The notes: generated by a model not told the origin, from the letters alone. DNA of 59,195 nt, filler included, from Sphacelaria rigidula (GCA_964200075.2; 8 parts of 8 records of this genome joined end to end with filler, not necessarily neighbours in it); one strand, 5' to 3'; positions 24,877-38,628 are shown, counted from the whole stretch's first letter. Numbers and translations: made by a program.

Positions 24877-26772
24877 GTCAACGTCACCGTTATGAGGGAT
24901 AAATACAGAAGGTTTCAAGGGTGTGTGGGGCAGGGTATTTCCTGAATTTGGTATATTTAAAAAATCGAATGCTCAGTAAGTACCCAAAACTTGAGTAGAG
25001 TATTGACATCGTACTCGACTCTTCCCAGATATTGGGTAACGCGGCCGTACCTAACTTTACCAAATATTTGGGTAGAGCTTTGGGAGATCGGACCATCGCA
25101 ACACGAAATTCGGGATAGCAAATACTCGGGTATTTACCCTACCCAACATACCCCTCTCAAGCTTTACTTCGCATACCAAGACGAGGCCTGACCAGAGATC
25201 CCTCCACCTTTGGTGCTAGACACAGATCATCGCAAAAGTGTACATCTGCTCGATCTGCGGTTTCTAAACTCCCTACATTTCAGCCAGATGGGTGACTTCT
25301 TTAACGCATAACCTTAAACAAAAACTATAATAGGGGGCGTATCTGCGGTGATCGTTGGGACTGTTTTTTTTTAGGGGGGGGAGTCGACTCGGTAGCGGAA
25401 CCGCTGCCAACAGTAGTATAGTTATATTTCAATAATTTGCATGTATTTATATTACACCACTGCGAGCGTTTGTGGGTTTGATCGATAGTCCATAGGTGAT
25501 TGGTCCTGCAGACAACAAATATTCCAGAACATTCACAGCTATAGTGAGAAAGCAAAAGCAAGGGGCTTTTCACTTGATAAAACTCACATGGCCATATATA
25601 TATATATATGTTCAATCTTCAGAGCCGCGGACGCAACTCTGCTGACGTACGTCAGTGATTGATTCATCTTTATAGGCACGTTTTGGAGCAAAAGAAGTGG
25701 AAACCGGCAAAGAGCTGAAATTTCCCCCATGAACACCTTCAAACCCGACGACGGCCAAAGTGAAACATGAAAATCAAACAAAATCAAACGAAATCAAACA
25801 AAATCAAACAGAATCAAACGAAATCAAACAAAATCAAACAAAAAAAAAAAATTAAGTGAGCTATATTGAAATTAATATATAATAATATAAACATCGAACA
25901 AGAACGAAAATAGATTGAAGATGAAAAGTTGACCGGTTTAAAAACATGGGGGAACATGTGACAAGAAAGAAAAAAGAGGAAAAAGGAAAAAGGAAAAAGA
26001 AGAAAAAAAAAAATGTCGTGTGGACGCGAGTCGTAGAGAAATCCTCGGAGTTAATCACATAAAACTCACAGAGCAACACCAACACCAACAATACAAAGGG
26101 AGAAACCGGATAAGCTAAGAACTCGCTTAGTCACTCACCCCACATCTCAGGGTCTTGTTCCCTTAACACGGCCGTCTCTTGCTTCAGCCGCGCCGCCGCT
26201 TGTTCGGACTCCCTGTACCTGGCCAGAGATTTTTCGAGCTCTCGTCTGACGAAGGACTTACGCTCGTGTGCCGCTTTCGCTTCTCCTGGGAAACCAAAGA
26301 TAAAACAAGGGCGTGGGGGGGGCTCGTTGTATGGGGACTAATACCAAGAGCAAATAAAAAAACAAGCCAAGAAATGAACGACCGCTGAATAGACGAAATA
26401 GAAACAAAACACGCATGCATTTCACGCCAAGATGCTCACCAATCAACATTTAACATCCAACGTTCGAGATTTAACATTCGATATTTAACATCCAACATCC
26501 GAGATTTAACATTCAATATTCGACATTAAACATTCAAAAATGAACATTGTAGATCTTACGCACTACAGTACTCTGACAGACGTATACGCGCAAACGACAC
26601 ATTTTTTTACGCGAACAACCTCGCGCTCGTTCTTTGTCTACACCTTTTTTGGTTTTGTTTGATTTCCTCACACGTTATTATAGGTAGCTAACCTGTGACC
26701 ACGGAAGGCGTCCGCATCAGATGCCCAGTACGAATGTACCTCGCAGATATCGGAACGGTTTTTAATGTGAAG

Positions 26773-26803
<31 letters not shown>

Positions 26804-28021
26804 CTGCGACACGCGCGATTAATATTACTTGAATATTTCACACCCTCGACACTGGATAATCATTATTATAGTTGCAACAGGAAAAGTGTACGAAGTAGTG
26901 CGTAAGGCGTTGAGCCCGTTGCCTATAGGCCAGTAGGCAGTAGGCTCGGTGCCTTACGCAATCCATGTTTTCCTACTGCAACTATACGGTTATCTCTTGT
27001 CCACATTGCGTTTACTTTTACCATTCAATATTCGATATTCGACATTCGACAGATACATGCAAAAAAATGTACTGTAACCGGCCATATTTGTGCATGAAAA
27101 AACTCCACACTCTGGACGTGTACTGCGTTGTGCACAATATCGACTATAGCGTATATTGCATTAGACAAATAGATTTCATAGTTTACGCAGTATATTATTT
27201 GAAAATGTATTATGTCGTCATTATCCAGGGTGTGTAATAACCATTCAAACCCTACGATAAACAAAATCGCGCTTTCGACAGCACCACACTATTGTACACA
27301 ACACCAGATAGACTAGCAGGAAACAAAACACGTTAGAACAAGAAAAAGAAAGAAAGGTAAAAAAAGCGAAAACAAAACAAATATTGTGTTTCTGACTTAT
27401 GTGTCACATATGAAACATGAAACAGAGCACACATAATACAAGGACACAGCAAAAAAAAAAACACACGATGCACAACAAGTGCCACAAGTGCAACAAGTAC
27501 AACAACAACAACACGCACACTATACCAAGTATTTCAAGTACAATGACGCATACACATGTATGTAGAAAAATACATCATTTTTCAAGTTGTACTATACCCA
27601 AGAGCTGCGTGGTCCTCTGGGTCCATCCCAACGCCCAGTCCTCCACCTGTACCCTCAACGACCCTAGCGCCTCATCGGCCGCCTCGACATCACCCCTCGC
27701 TGCTCGCGCCTCTAAGCGCGCCCTCTCCACACCACCATCGGCATCCCGACTGCCGCCAGCCGTCGTCGCTGTTGCCTCGTTTATTGTTGTGTTGCCTGCT
27801 GCTGCTTCTGCTGCTGCTGCTGCTTCCCATTCTTTAGCAATTGCATGCCCCAGTTTCTGGGTGTCGTTGTTTGAAGGGTCGGCTAGGAGGGAGGAGATAG
27901 AAGAGGAAGAGGAGGGTGAGGAAGGGTGCAGAGAACGATCCGCGGTTCGGTTCTCGAGTTCTTGGCGCGCTCGCTCCAGGTCTCGGGCTAGTCTTGTCAG
28001 GTCCTCTCTTCTGGTGACCGC
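22363..28021 (-). CDS. Coiled-coil protein of unknown identity, internal exons 28021-27598, 26285-26139 and 22628-22363
   Basis: AVTRREDLTRLARDLERARQELE..TQLL(G)|EAKAAHERKSFVRRELEKSLARYRESEQ..PEMW(G)|AMERRH..ALEMAGE; canonical AG/GT with matching phase-1 junctions; GC-rich relative to introns. Confidence 0.78.
24917..25157. mobile_element. Small degenerate TIR element (MITE-like) in an intron
   Basis: agggtgtgtggggcagggtattt pairs imperfectly with gggtatttaccctacccaacatacccct. Confidence 0.5.
25770..25842. repeat. 10-bp minisatellite (aaatcaaac[a/g])n
   Basis: About seven direct copies visible. Confidence 0.85.
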
Positions 28022-28504
28022 CTGCTTTTTGTTTTTGGTTTCGTGACATGAAAAAGAGGCAAACAAAAACGGAACACTGTGACGAAAAAAGCGAAAAATG
28101 TATACGTGTTGAAAAAATTACCCAAGCCAGAGACAGCCTGGCGGAAAGAGAGAAGAAAAAAATTGTCGTTCCGAATTTCACCGAACCTTGCAAATAACTT
28201 ATAGGCACAGTCCGCAATTTACCAGAAAATAGACGGTCAGGACAGAAACAATGAAATTCGGCTTCAAAGTTCACCGACCCGCGGCAAATGGGCTGTTGAA
28301 CTAACCAAACCCCGAACCCCGAACCCCGAACCCCGGGAAATCGAATCTAAGGAACACGGAGAGGTCGACAAAAAAGCGCCGTGCGGAAGGCTGCAAGCTG
28401 GCAACAACAAACACAGCGTCTACTATTGTTGTTGATTGAAATCATATTGATATGACGCACGCATATGTCGCGCTTACACGATTCAGACGCCCATGGTGCC
28501 AGGA

Positions 28505-29370
28505 AATATAATCGCGTTACCGTTTAAACGTAATGTGTTGCACACATACAATAAAGGCCGTGATTGCCAAATAGTAGACAACCCAGAAAGGCACAAAAAA
28601 AAAGAAAAAAGAAAAAATGCGACTCAAATATTCACCGAACTCCGAGAAATCGAAGCAAAGAAAGGCCTGCGAAAAAAGCGCCGGGCGGTAAGCTGCACTT
28701 TTTTTTATTGTTCTTGCTTACGCTCTCACTGATTGGACGCCTACGCTGTAAGGAAAACTAATCGCGTTACCGCTTCAACGTGAGTGTGTTGCACATAAAC
28801 AGCCATACACGGCCCAAAGAAAACTCCAGCCTGAAGGAAACATCGACGCCTTTCTCGCGTTTTGGTGTATTTTGTGTTCATCGTGTATGCATGTAAGATT
28901 GAAGTTTCCGTTTTTCATAATCAAAACGTCAGGACCACCATCAGGGCTCCGCGTATGGCCAATTACATGCGTATTCAGGCACTAACAGCTTGGTTCAACG
29001 TGGAATCTTGCGCTCGTCTAAGGTGGACGGTGATGGAAAATCATTGCACTACCTGATCAACCTTACGTTAATATGTGTGTTGCGCAATACAGCCACACAT
29101 ATACAGCGACATGGTCCAAAGAAAACTCCAGCCCGAAGGAAACAGAGGCGCTCTTCTTTCGTTCTATTATCTCCTGTGTTCATCGTGTGGGCGTCTTTCA
29201 GAATCAAATTTCGGTTTTTCAGAATCAAAGTGTCACATCCACCATCAGAGCGCCGCGTATTGCCTATTACGCGCATATTTTCAGGCACTGACTGCTTGGG
29301 TCGAAGATCGAACCCCCCCCTCGTCGAAGGTGAACGGTGATGGGAAAACATTGCACCGTCTCATCAAGCT
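28505..29370. repeat. Degenerate tandem duplication with units of about 250-300 bp
   Basis: Recurring aatcgcgttaccg..tgtgttgcaca, aagaaaactccagcc.gaaggaaaca and aaggtg.acggtgatgg.aaa.cattgcac motifs. Confidence 0.65.
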
Positions 29371-29650
29371 TTCGAAAATGAAAAATGTCGCAGGGTGACG
29401 TGGAGCTGAAAGAAGGGGTTTGTGAAGTGAACTGTTTCAAGAGTAGGTCTAATTGTCCCGCTTGCACGGGAGCGTTCACACGTAATCTTAGGTAGACATA
29501 TACTTCCTCTGTCCCATAAGTCTGTATCGTTATGTTTGTACGAGCCCTTANNNNNNNNNNNNNNNNNNNNNNNNNNNNNNNNNNNNNNNNNNNNTTAATT
29601 AATTAANNNNNNNNNNNNNNNNNNNNNNNNNNNNNNNNNNNNNNNNNNNN

Positions 29651-30750
29651 CGGGGAAGGCACGGCCTCAGCGATCGCGTGTGCGGACCGCTCATGGGCAT
29701 CATCCACTCTACAGGTGATGATGGCGCATGTCACTACACAGTTCTGTAGTGTGCTGCAGTATGTCGAGGCGGTTTGATCTGCGTAGAGAATCGTCTCGTA
29801 TGCTGTGCTGTTTTTGTGTCCGGTCCTGTACAAATGGGAGGAATCACACTCTGTTCAATCGGAGCCAGCACATCCAACGCGGAATACAGTCAGAAGTACA
29901 GCAGTATAATGATGCCGGACTCTCTCATATCTCTCGCTACTCGTCGCGTGGTCGAGTCTGCGTGACTTCCCACTGCCAGCTCGAGCATAAAAGACAATGC
30001 TCTGTGTTGATAATTTCAAAGCTCGAAAACATTATGGTCGCTTACCTCCCATCTATGTATGTATGGTGTACACCAACCAAGTATAACGGGAAAACAGCTG
30101 CCGCCCCGTGTACCAAGAGAGGCACGGAAAACCCAAGGTAGAGAGAGTGGCGTGTGCCAGAACAGACATCATGGCGACGATATATATGTGCTCGTGTATG
30201 TTAGTTGTGTTGACTGTTTCGGTACCACCGTCTATGAGCACACCACGTATCTACAGAAAAATTGAGTTATGACCTACTCGAACAGACAGGAGGGCATACT
30301 GTCAATTTGAATGTAGGTACGCGAAAGCGCAACTGAAACACGGAGCATTGTACAACGCTGTACAGAGAGTACAGTGTAGTGTCTCGATATTATCTTCCCC
30401 CCTCTCGCTGTGTTCCTCCCTTCGTCGATGAGCATCACTGAGGGATAACATTCTGCCAAACTCCTACGTAGAGTGAGCCCTTTCTGTGGTCACAGCTGTT
30501 AATTTTTCAAGCCCTTGACCGCTAGGGTGGGGAGTTTCGAAGTGAAAATTATGCCGACGAAAGAGAGGACCCAGCATTGGGGTGACACGTTCTCCATGTT
30601 CTTTCGAAGAGCGGGCGGATGCCGTGGAGACGGTACGATGCAGATACTTGCTTCTATTCCGATCGTGTCCCATGCTTGATAATATATGGTTCATACCGAG
30701 AGTACCCAAAACAAAACCCCCGAGACCCCATGTACCTTCCCCCCCCCCGT
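29651..30750 (+). repeat. Long direct repeat copy A (~1.1 kb); copy B at about 35850-36950, offset 6197 bp
   Basis: Colinear near-identical sequence with scattered substitutions; the equivalent ORF starts at 29728 and 35925. Confidence 0.95.
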
Positions 30751-30785
30751 CCGGCGGTCGTAGGATTTTGTTCTTGTTTTCACAG

Positions 30786-32572
30786 TGAGGAACACTCACT
30801 ATACAGCCATTTTAGGGCGACTTGGGTGAGGTAGCGCCCATGACTGTTGGCCGTATCTGCCACCACAACACTGGACGCAAACTGGCGGTGCAGATAGATG
30901 CGCTGAGCTCGATTGAGGAAGCATTGCAGGTCATTGGGGTATTTGCCTGGTCTTGTTCTTGTCGTGGAAATGTGTTGTACAACGTAGTGCCGGAACTCAT
31001 GAATATATATAACTCGGCCTTAGCTCCGGAGGTATGCGAAAAATTAAAGAATCATCACCACGAATTGTTATTCTTTATGTACTTTTTACTTTTTACTTCT
31101 TTATTTTTCATCCTCCATTTATACATGGGATTTAGTAACCCCCCCCTCCCCCCCGAAAACAACCAGGATTGAAAAAATCGGCATAGGGCCTTGCATTTGT
31201 TTTTGGGCACTCCTGTTCATGCCAGAAATATATGGGTGTGTATCACAAATGATGACGGATATTCCAGCGAGTCCACGACCCATGTATATGCGTCATAACT
31301 CTTGACTCGCACCCCTACCTGATGCGCACCGTCTCTTTCCCTCCGCTGTCGCTGGCACCTTTTCCACGAACCAGACAAATCTCCCCGGCGGAGACACGAT
31401 CGAGCTCGACAAGGCCTTGGAGGATGCCGTGTCTAATGTCGCCGGAGTCAAGAGTGCCCAGTTGCTCGGCATGACGAGTCCAAGTCTTTTCGATCGTGAG
31501 TACCCGCCTAGTGTTGAATGTGTCGGTATCGTCCTCGCGTGGTGTCAAGTAAATGGATACGTTTGGAAGCATCATCCCCACACGGGACAAAAGGACGTCC
31601 TCTTTGCGCCAGTTTCTAATTTGAAGTAGTTGAATTTCGCCCAACTGTACTGAAGCGCCCGATTTATCGGCTGTAGCCTGCCCCATTAACTCTTGCGATC
31701 ACCCGTACCCTTCGCCGCTGCCCCCGATCAATCATTTCCGCAGGATTATACAGAAGACGTGCAAGACGCATCCCTTTCAAGTGTCGACGCTCGGCGTGAC
31801 ATCAAATCGCGCAGAGTCAGCGATTTGTGTAGGCCACGTACTGTCCCTCAAAGAGGAGAGCACGGATGGGGAAGAGGTGGAGCAGGAGCGGTGGTCTTGG
31901 AGTCTACCGAGACCCAGCGTCCGGTGTTCGTTGTACCGTTGATTGCTATTTAGCACAGGATGGTGTTAGGGTTAGGGTTGGCCAGTTCCAAGGGCTCCCG
32001 GTGTTTTGCAGCCAATTTGCTGATGCGGTAGTATTTGTTTTCCCGCGTTGATGGCTCATCAGCTGTTCTTGATGGTTCCGTCGGCACATTTATTCGAGTG
32101 CATTTTCGGAAATCCGATGCGGTTGGCGAGAGTCCCTGGCAAAATCGATTTGCTGCAGCTCATGGACGGGAGGCGCACCATTGGCTTCGTGCAAGAGAAT
32201 TTGTTATAATCCGCTGCCATCGAGGGTGAGATGATGGAACAGAATCCAGGGTCCCACCACGTTTTGCGACTTTTCTCGGCACGACAAGGCGGGATATCAG
32301 CAGTTATATCACACGCCATGACTTGCGCTTTAAAAAACAACGACGGAAACTGCGGCGAAAATGTTGAACATAAAAGTGATTTCAAGATATCCACGAGTCC
32401 CAAGTCCACACGACGAATGGTGGCATCAACTGCATTTGCGCATGAATTCGGGCACAACCTGGCTAAATCGTATCTTTTACTCGAACCGCACGACTCACAC
32501 TACTTTGGAGACATCTTGAACGGTACATTTTTCCACAAATTCTACCTGTGGGCCAGCGCGCAACAATTTTAA
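30786..32572 (+). pseudogene. Degraded metzincin-type (M12B/reprolysin/ADAM-like) zinc metalloprotease, catalytic region
   Basis: ORF 32231-32572: HHVLRLFSARQGGISAV..C..STAFAHEFGHNLA..PHD..GDILNG, resembling HExGHxxGxxHD plus Met-turn; upstream exon-like segment 30786-30929 (cag|..|gt); stops and frameshifts in between. Confidence 0.6.
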
Positions 32573-33041
32573 ACATTATTTCGCCATTCCATTCAGGCAG
32601 CGGGTGGCAGGAATGTTCCAACATGCTACACATATAACGTTTCGTCCCATTATCGGAACCGGCGCAGCGAGACATGTTATGAATCAAACCTCACTCTCAA
32701 TCGATCTTTCAACGCTCGATTTCACGGAAACATTGTTAGGTTTGCCGAGGTCAATTGGAAAGGATTCGGTGCTGAAGAACGTCCGTGGGAGTTTCTTCGT
32801 AATATTTATTATTCTGCGCCTGAAATTCTTTTGAAGAAACTGCGTAAAATGCGGTTGACTCGGGCGCTGACAAGTACATTAGCGTCGGAGTATGGTATTT
32901 CTTCGTGATCTGGCGCATGCGGTTTCGCCTTGGTTTGTGTTGGTTGTCAATCTCGTTCGCTTGTCTTGAAGTCGCTTTGAGGGTGCTGTAGCCAAATGAT
33001 ACCAAGCCGTAGGTTTCAGTATAATCATATGCATGATTGGA

Positions 33042-33151
33042 CACGGGTGGCCACTGGGGTGCCTGCAACCTCGAATGTGGACGTTGCAGACGTTGCACAA
33101 GGTCTGCAACGTCCAAATTTGAGGTTACAGGCACCCCAGTGGCCACCGGTG
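33042..33151. mobile_element. 110-bp palindromic MITE-like element with CAC...GTG ends and possible 2-bp TSD (GA)
   Basis: ggtggccactggggtgcctgcaacctcgaatgtggacgttgcagac pairs with gtctgcaacgtccaaatttgaggttacaggcaccccagtggccacc. Confidence 0.7.
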
Positions 33152-34707
33152 GAGCAGTCACAGGGGACAGGGGAATCTGCATTGATGACCCTTAGCTGTG
33201 TGGCCCTTGCTGTTGGCTCGTGATGTGATTTACTGAGGATAACTCCGTGATAATAACAAGCGATAAGATGATACTCGTCGAGCACGAGGCCAGTTATACT
33301 GGAGGAGTCCCTCGTAGAAACTCCTCTTGTCCAGGTCGTCTGGCAGAGGCTATAGGCCACGAAACGAAGCTGAAAAAGTGCCCAACACATGCATCAAAAA
33401 GAGGTGTTTTTTACAAGGAGAAAAGAGGCAATCGCCTAGAAAAGGTATAGCTTATCGTGTTTTGCTCAAGAAAGGTACGCCGAATGGCAGAAACGTGAAA
33501 GCAGCAAAACATGCCATTTGAACCGTTTTTGCTCCGAATGTTCCACGCACATCACTCGGGGGGGCTTGGCACCCGGGTCTCGAAAAATATAACGGGAAAA
33601 CACATATTATTGCTCGCGATATATGGCCACGCGAAAACGGACGTCTCGCCTCCAGAAACCGCTTTCCCTTTGTAGGCCAAAGCTTCACCACCAAGTATAC
33701 CTGATTCAAAAACTCTCCTTCAACCGTACCTTATCTGGGCCACCGATCGGCCGAGAATGTACCTGTGCCAGGCTATCGCTTTCTACGCTGTCCCTGATGC
33801 GGCACATCGCGCGCAAGGGAGTCTACGCGCCAACTTCAAGCATGGCGCCTACACATTCGGCTCTTTTCCCGCTCATCATTTGCCGTTCACGGACGCCACA
33901 ACGACCACGCCCCTTTCTCCACGGAAATGGTTCCCGAGTCTCTCCGCATCGGCATAATAACTGGACTCACAACTCGCAACGCGTCGGTCTTTTGTGATTC
34001 GGGGGGCTGTGGAACACCGTACTGTTGCGATTTCGGGCTGATGTCAGGGTCAAGCTAGGCCTTTTCGGCATCAACGGGCGGTTGTCGCATCATACATCGA
34101 TTGTTGGTTTAAACAACGGATACAGTACCGGTCGTCACGCGTAAAGAAATAGGGACATAGCATTAAAAGCGTTCATTACTACAGCACAACAGAGTAACGT
34201 GCGCTCGACGAAAGCACTCGCGGAACAGACCCATCGCGTCTATCGGGCCCGTGCATAGCAATCACCAACGGCCAGCGAGAAGTTCGGGTTATGTCCTGGC
34301 TTACTGAGTGATCGGCATTTTGTATGACGTCAACGCCGACCGGCGCTAATCCTATCGGGGGTCCGCGCCTACAAAGCCGGGACGGAGCACGCCGTGTTCT
34401 CGCCGGACTAGGCTCAGGGGATGGTCCAGATATTCCAGATATTTCCTTTGTTGGAGACCCCTGCTTCAACCAGACGGCATGAACGTCTCCGGAACACGTT
34501 ACCAGGGCCAGTTTATTCATACCACGGAATATCGCTTAGTTCTTGTCGTTCTCGTCACGAAAAAGAAGGGTGCATTTTCGCCAACAGCTTGCATCATCAA
34601 TCACACAAACGCTCCTCCTCGATCCGAGACCTAGACTTGCACACGGCACAGACAGGGATCGACAATCAAAGAGGTACCACACCGCAAGCCCCGACGGAAA
34701 GAGAAAC

Positions 34708-34881
34708 ATGGAGAGAAATATGCAGATTATGGGGCTGTTTGCCCTTGCTGTGGTCGCATGTGCAACTGCTACCACTGCTAGGGAGGCCCATCGCTCCCGG
34801 ACTAGTCACCGCGCTCTGAGGGATGTTGGCGGTAGGCGCCACCTACAAGCGACTCAAGCAAGTCCTAGCAAGACCTTCGAG
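34708..34881 (+). CDS. First exon of a secreted protein (signal peptide plus basic propeptide); probably the 5' end of the next metalloprotease paralog
   Basis: MERNMQIMGLFALAVVACATA-TTAREAHRSRTSHRALRDVGGRRHLQATQASPSKTFE followed by GAG|GTGATT donor. Confidence 0.62.
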
Positions 34882-37800
34882 GTGATTGATATCGGTTTCA
34901 ATTCTCCACCCCCCACCCGGCTACAATCGATCGATATGAACGCGTCACTTTGGCCGTGTGTGTGATAGCTTGGCAAAAAAACGTGAATTGATTGTGTTCT
35001 TCGACGATACTGCATAATTTGGAAGCGCACCTCACCTGCTCCTTAACCATAATGATATGTCTGATGCAGAGGGGCATTGTGCATGCGACAATACTATAAA
35101 ATGCGGTTTTACGCTAAAGTGAGGTTTAAGCTCGAAACAGTAGTCTTCCCGCACCTACAGTGACGGTGCCAGGTGACAGTTTTGTCGGCATAATGCCACT
35201 CCATCGCGTAGACCTTTTCCCGACTGTTCCGCGTGTCATTTTCCAATGAGCCAGATTTCGCTCACACCCCTCCAAACCAATTGCTCCCGGCCACCCAGTA
35301 TCCCTCTGCGCAGCATCTTTCAAAACATTTGATGAGTGTCATTTTTCGGACAAATGAAGGTAGCTCACAGAGACGAGACTTGTAGAGCGCTGTTGTTGGA
35401 GCGTTACTCGTTTGATTGACGGATGAAGATCGCGCCGTGTTGCACAACACGGAGGGGAGAGCGAATCATGCTGTTCCTGTCGCGTGCCAAGTGGTCCGTT
35501 CGACAAAACCACGGGCAACAATCTGCACGGTATTGATTCGTGTTGGCTCGCCGCCGGTGGCACAATGAGAACGAAATGCAAGAGGTCTGTGAGACTGCGG
35601 ACTGCGGGAGGGTCTTTGATACACCCGCCAGTCACCACTTCATCGATAAGTGATGTGTGCAGTTTAGCAGAGATGGCGCACTGGGTACCATGTGCGTGCT
35701 CGGTCGAGGTACGTGATTTTTTCGAAATTAGCGGCTGCATACTCGTCGGATCAACGAGTAACGTACATGGTACGGTCCGCATCTGCCACGACCTCTTGTA
35801 TGTTTTTACCGCAGGCGACGCAAGCGCGAGATGTAGTGGATTCCACACGCGGAAGGCACGGCCTCAGCGATCGCTTGTGCGGACCGCTCATGGGCATCAT
35901 GCACTCTACAGGTGATGATGGCGCATGTCACTACACAGTTCTGTCGTGTGCTGCAGTATGTCGAGGCGGTTTGATCTGCGTAGAGGATTGCCTCGTGTGG
36001 TGTGCTGTTTTTGTGTCCGGTCCTGTACAAATGGGAGAAATCACACTCTGTTCAATCGGAGCCAGCACATCCAACGCGGAATACAGTCGGTAGTACAGCA
36101 GTATAATGATGTCGCACTCTCTCATATCTCTCGCTACTCGTCGCGTGGTCGAGTCTGCGTGACTTCCCACTGCCAGCTCGAGCATAAAAGACAATTCTCT
36201 GTGTTGATAATTTCAAAGCTCACAACATTTATGGTCGCTCACCTCCCATCTATGTATGTATGGTGTACACCAACCAAGTATAACGGGAAAAGAGCTGCCG
36301 CTCCGTGTACCAAGAGAGGCACGGAAAACCCAAGGTAGAGGGAGTGGCGTGTATCAAAACAGACATCATGGCGAGGATATATATGTGCGTGTGTATGTTG
36401 GTTGTGTTGACTGTTTCGGTACGACCATCTATGAGCACACCACGTATCTACAGAAAAATTTCGTTATGACCTACTCGTACAGACAGGAGGGTACACTGTC
36501 AATTTGAATGTAGGTACACGAAAGCGCAACTGAAACACGGAGCATTGTACAACGCTGTACAGAGAGTACAGCGTAGTGTCTCGATACTATGTTCCCCCCT
36601 CCCGCTGCTTTCCTCCCTTAGTCGATAAGCATCACTGAAGGATAACATTCTGCCAAACTCCTAGGTAGAGTGAGCCCTCTCTGCGGTCACAGCCGTTGAT
36701 TTTTGAAGCCCTTGACCGCTAGGGTGGGGATTTTCGAAGTGAAAATGATGCCGATGAAAGAGAGGACCCAGCATTGGGGTGACGGTTCTCCATGTTCTTT
36801 CGAAGAGCGGGCGGATGCCGTGGATACGTTACGATGCAGATACTTGTTTCTGTTCCGATTGTGTCCCATGCTTGATAATCGATGGTTCATACCGAGAGTA
36901 CTCAAAACAAAACCTCCGAGACCCCATGTACCTCCCCCCCCCCCCCCCCCCTCCGCACGTGCNNNNNNNNNNNNNNNNNNNNNNNNNNNNNNNNNNNNNN
37001 NNNNNNTTAATTAATTAANNNNNNNNNNNNNNNNNNNNNNNNNNNNNNNNNNNNNNNNNNNNCGGTATGTCTTTGTCGTGGTCAGGGTTAGGGTTAGCGT
37101 TCGAGGTATGTAGGAGGCACCTCATTATTCGCGTCAACCATCTTTTCCGACCAATTGGTAGAGAGGCCTCGCCTCATATGGGCGACATCGGCGAAAAGGA
37201 ACCCAAGCGTTGAAATTTCCAGCTGCTCGGTGCACCCAGCTTTTCTCATTTGCATCTGTTAGTAGATTTTGCTTCCCCAAACCAGCCACTTTTGTGTGTG
37301 TGTAGGGGGGGGGGGGGGGGGGGTAGGGAAAAAGATAATAAGAGGTGGNNNNNNNNNNTTCCTTCCTCGATCGTTGTTTTTGTCCGTGCTAGCGGCAACA
37401 GCGATGGCTTTGTGGGTGTGGGGGGGGGGGGGGGGGGGGGGGGCTATCGTAAAAAGTATTCAAACGGCTTCCGAATCCAAAAGGATGAAAGTCCCGCTTA
37501 CAGTCTGCCTAGCCGAGTCACGCCCCTTTCGTATATTTGGTGTTCCTTCCGTCGACAATAAAATAGACGCGCCCCATATTGGTGCATAAGATGAACTCCT
37601 TCAAGATAGTTTTTTCTTTGCGAGAATAAAACTCAAGGGTATTGGGGCTTGTACATGACGCACCAAGTTCCACCCAAAGTCAAGCAACTGCATGCACGAG
37701 GCATCGGGAAAGTGCACAGAAATCCTCTCAGAGATTTGAGCGAGTCATTTCGAGGTGGGAGGCTCTGCTTTCGGAACATTTTCGGGCCATGAAAGGAGTG

Positions 37801-38438
37801 CAGAACGGTAGGAGAATTCAACAACCGGGCTTGGACATGTAACTTGTTCTTGATGTCGAGCTACACGATCCCCTCCATATTAGCTGTTACAAACGCCCGA
37901 CAGTATCAGGAACTGTTCCGATACGGATATTTTTTTTGCCTTTCTTGCCTTCTCCCCCGCAGCGGCGGCTGTCGAGACATGACGGGAACAATTAGGCAAA
38001 TGACTTCAACCGCCGTGAGTACTACAACACATTTTTTACGTACTTCGCCCACTGAGCTTGAGTCCTTAAATGTCTCAACAACGGGAAATGACCGAATATC
38101 ACACAAAATCACTACAATCGATGACCTTATGAACCTCTAAGGTATGCCCAAGGCATGATCAACAGTCTTCCAATCGCGACCTGAAAATCTACACACATTT
38201 TGGTGTCCCTGGCACCGGCAGTTTTTATCTTGTAGGGTCGGGATAATTGGAGAGTGACGTTTTTTTCTAACGTATACTGAATGACTCCGCCCCAAAGGAA
38301 GGATCGCGAAACCGGCGTACAGCAATAATTGTTCGTAGCGAGCATGGGTTTCAACGTCCGTGCGAATGTTTCAGGAGATAGGTCCAAGACTGAGCAAACC
38401 GAGGCAAAAAGTGCGAAAATCTTCACATGGGAACAGTT

Positions 38439-38628
38439 CACGTCCTGGACAATATATGGTCAGTATATGGTCAATATATGCACTTGACAAGAAGTGTACT
38501 GTATAAAGTATAGGCATACTGCAACTATTATCGGCCGTCAATGGTTGAAACAGGCCTTTACTTTATCCAGTGCACTTCTTGTCGATTGCATATATTGCAT
38601 CTGTTGACCATATATTGTCCAGGGTGTG
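38439..38628. mobile_element. 190-bp palindromic MITE with 8-bp TSD GAACAGTT (hAT- or P-type); related CACACCCTGG termini at about 21754, 24820, 26839 and 27234
   Basis: gaacagtt|cacgtcctggacaatatatggtca ... tgaccatatattgtccagggtgtg|gaacagtt. Confidence 0.9.

Noticed and set aside
31315..31686. Minus-strand 123-aa ORF as an independent gene
   Set aside because: No recognisable motif; overlaps the antisense of the + strand protease remnant
29651..36962. LTR retrotransposon bounded by the 1.1-kb direct repeats
   Set aside because: No gag/pol, PBS or PPT seen; the interior holds exon-like protease and signal-peptide segments. A LARD-type element is not fully excluded because both ends are cut by contig edges
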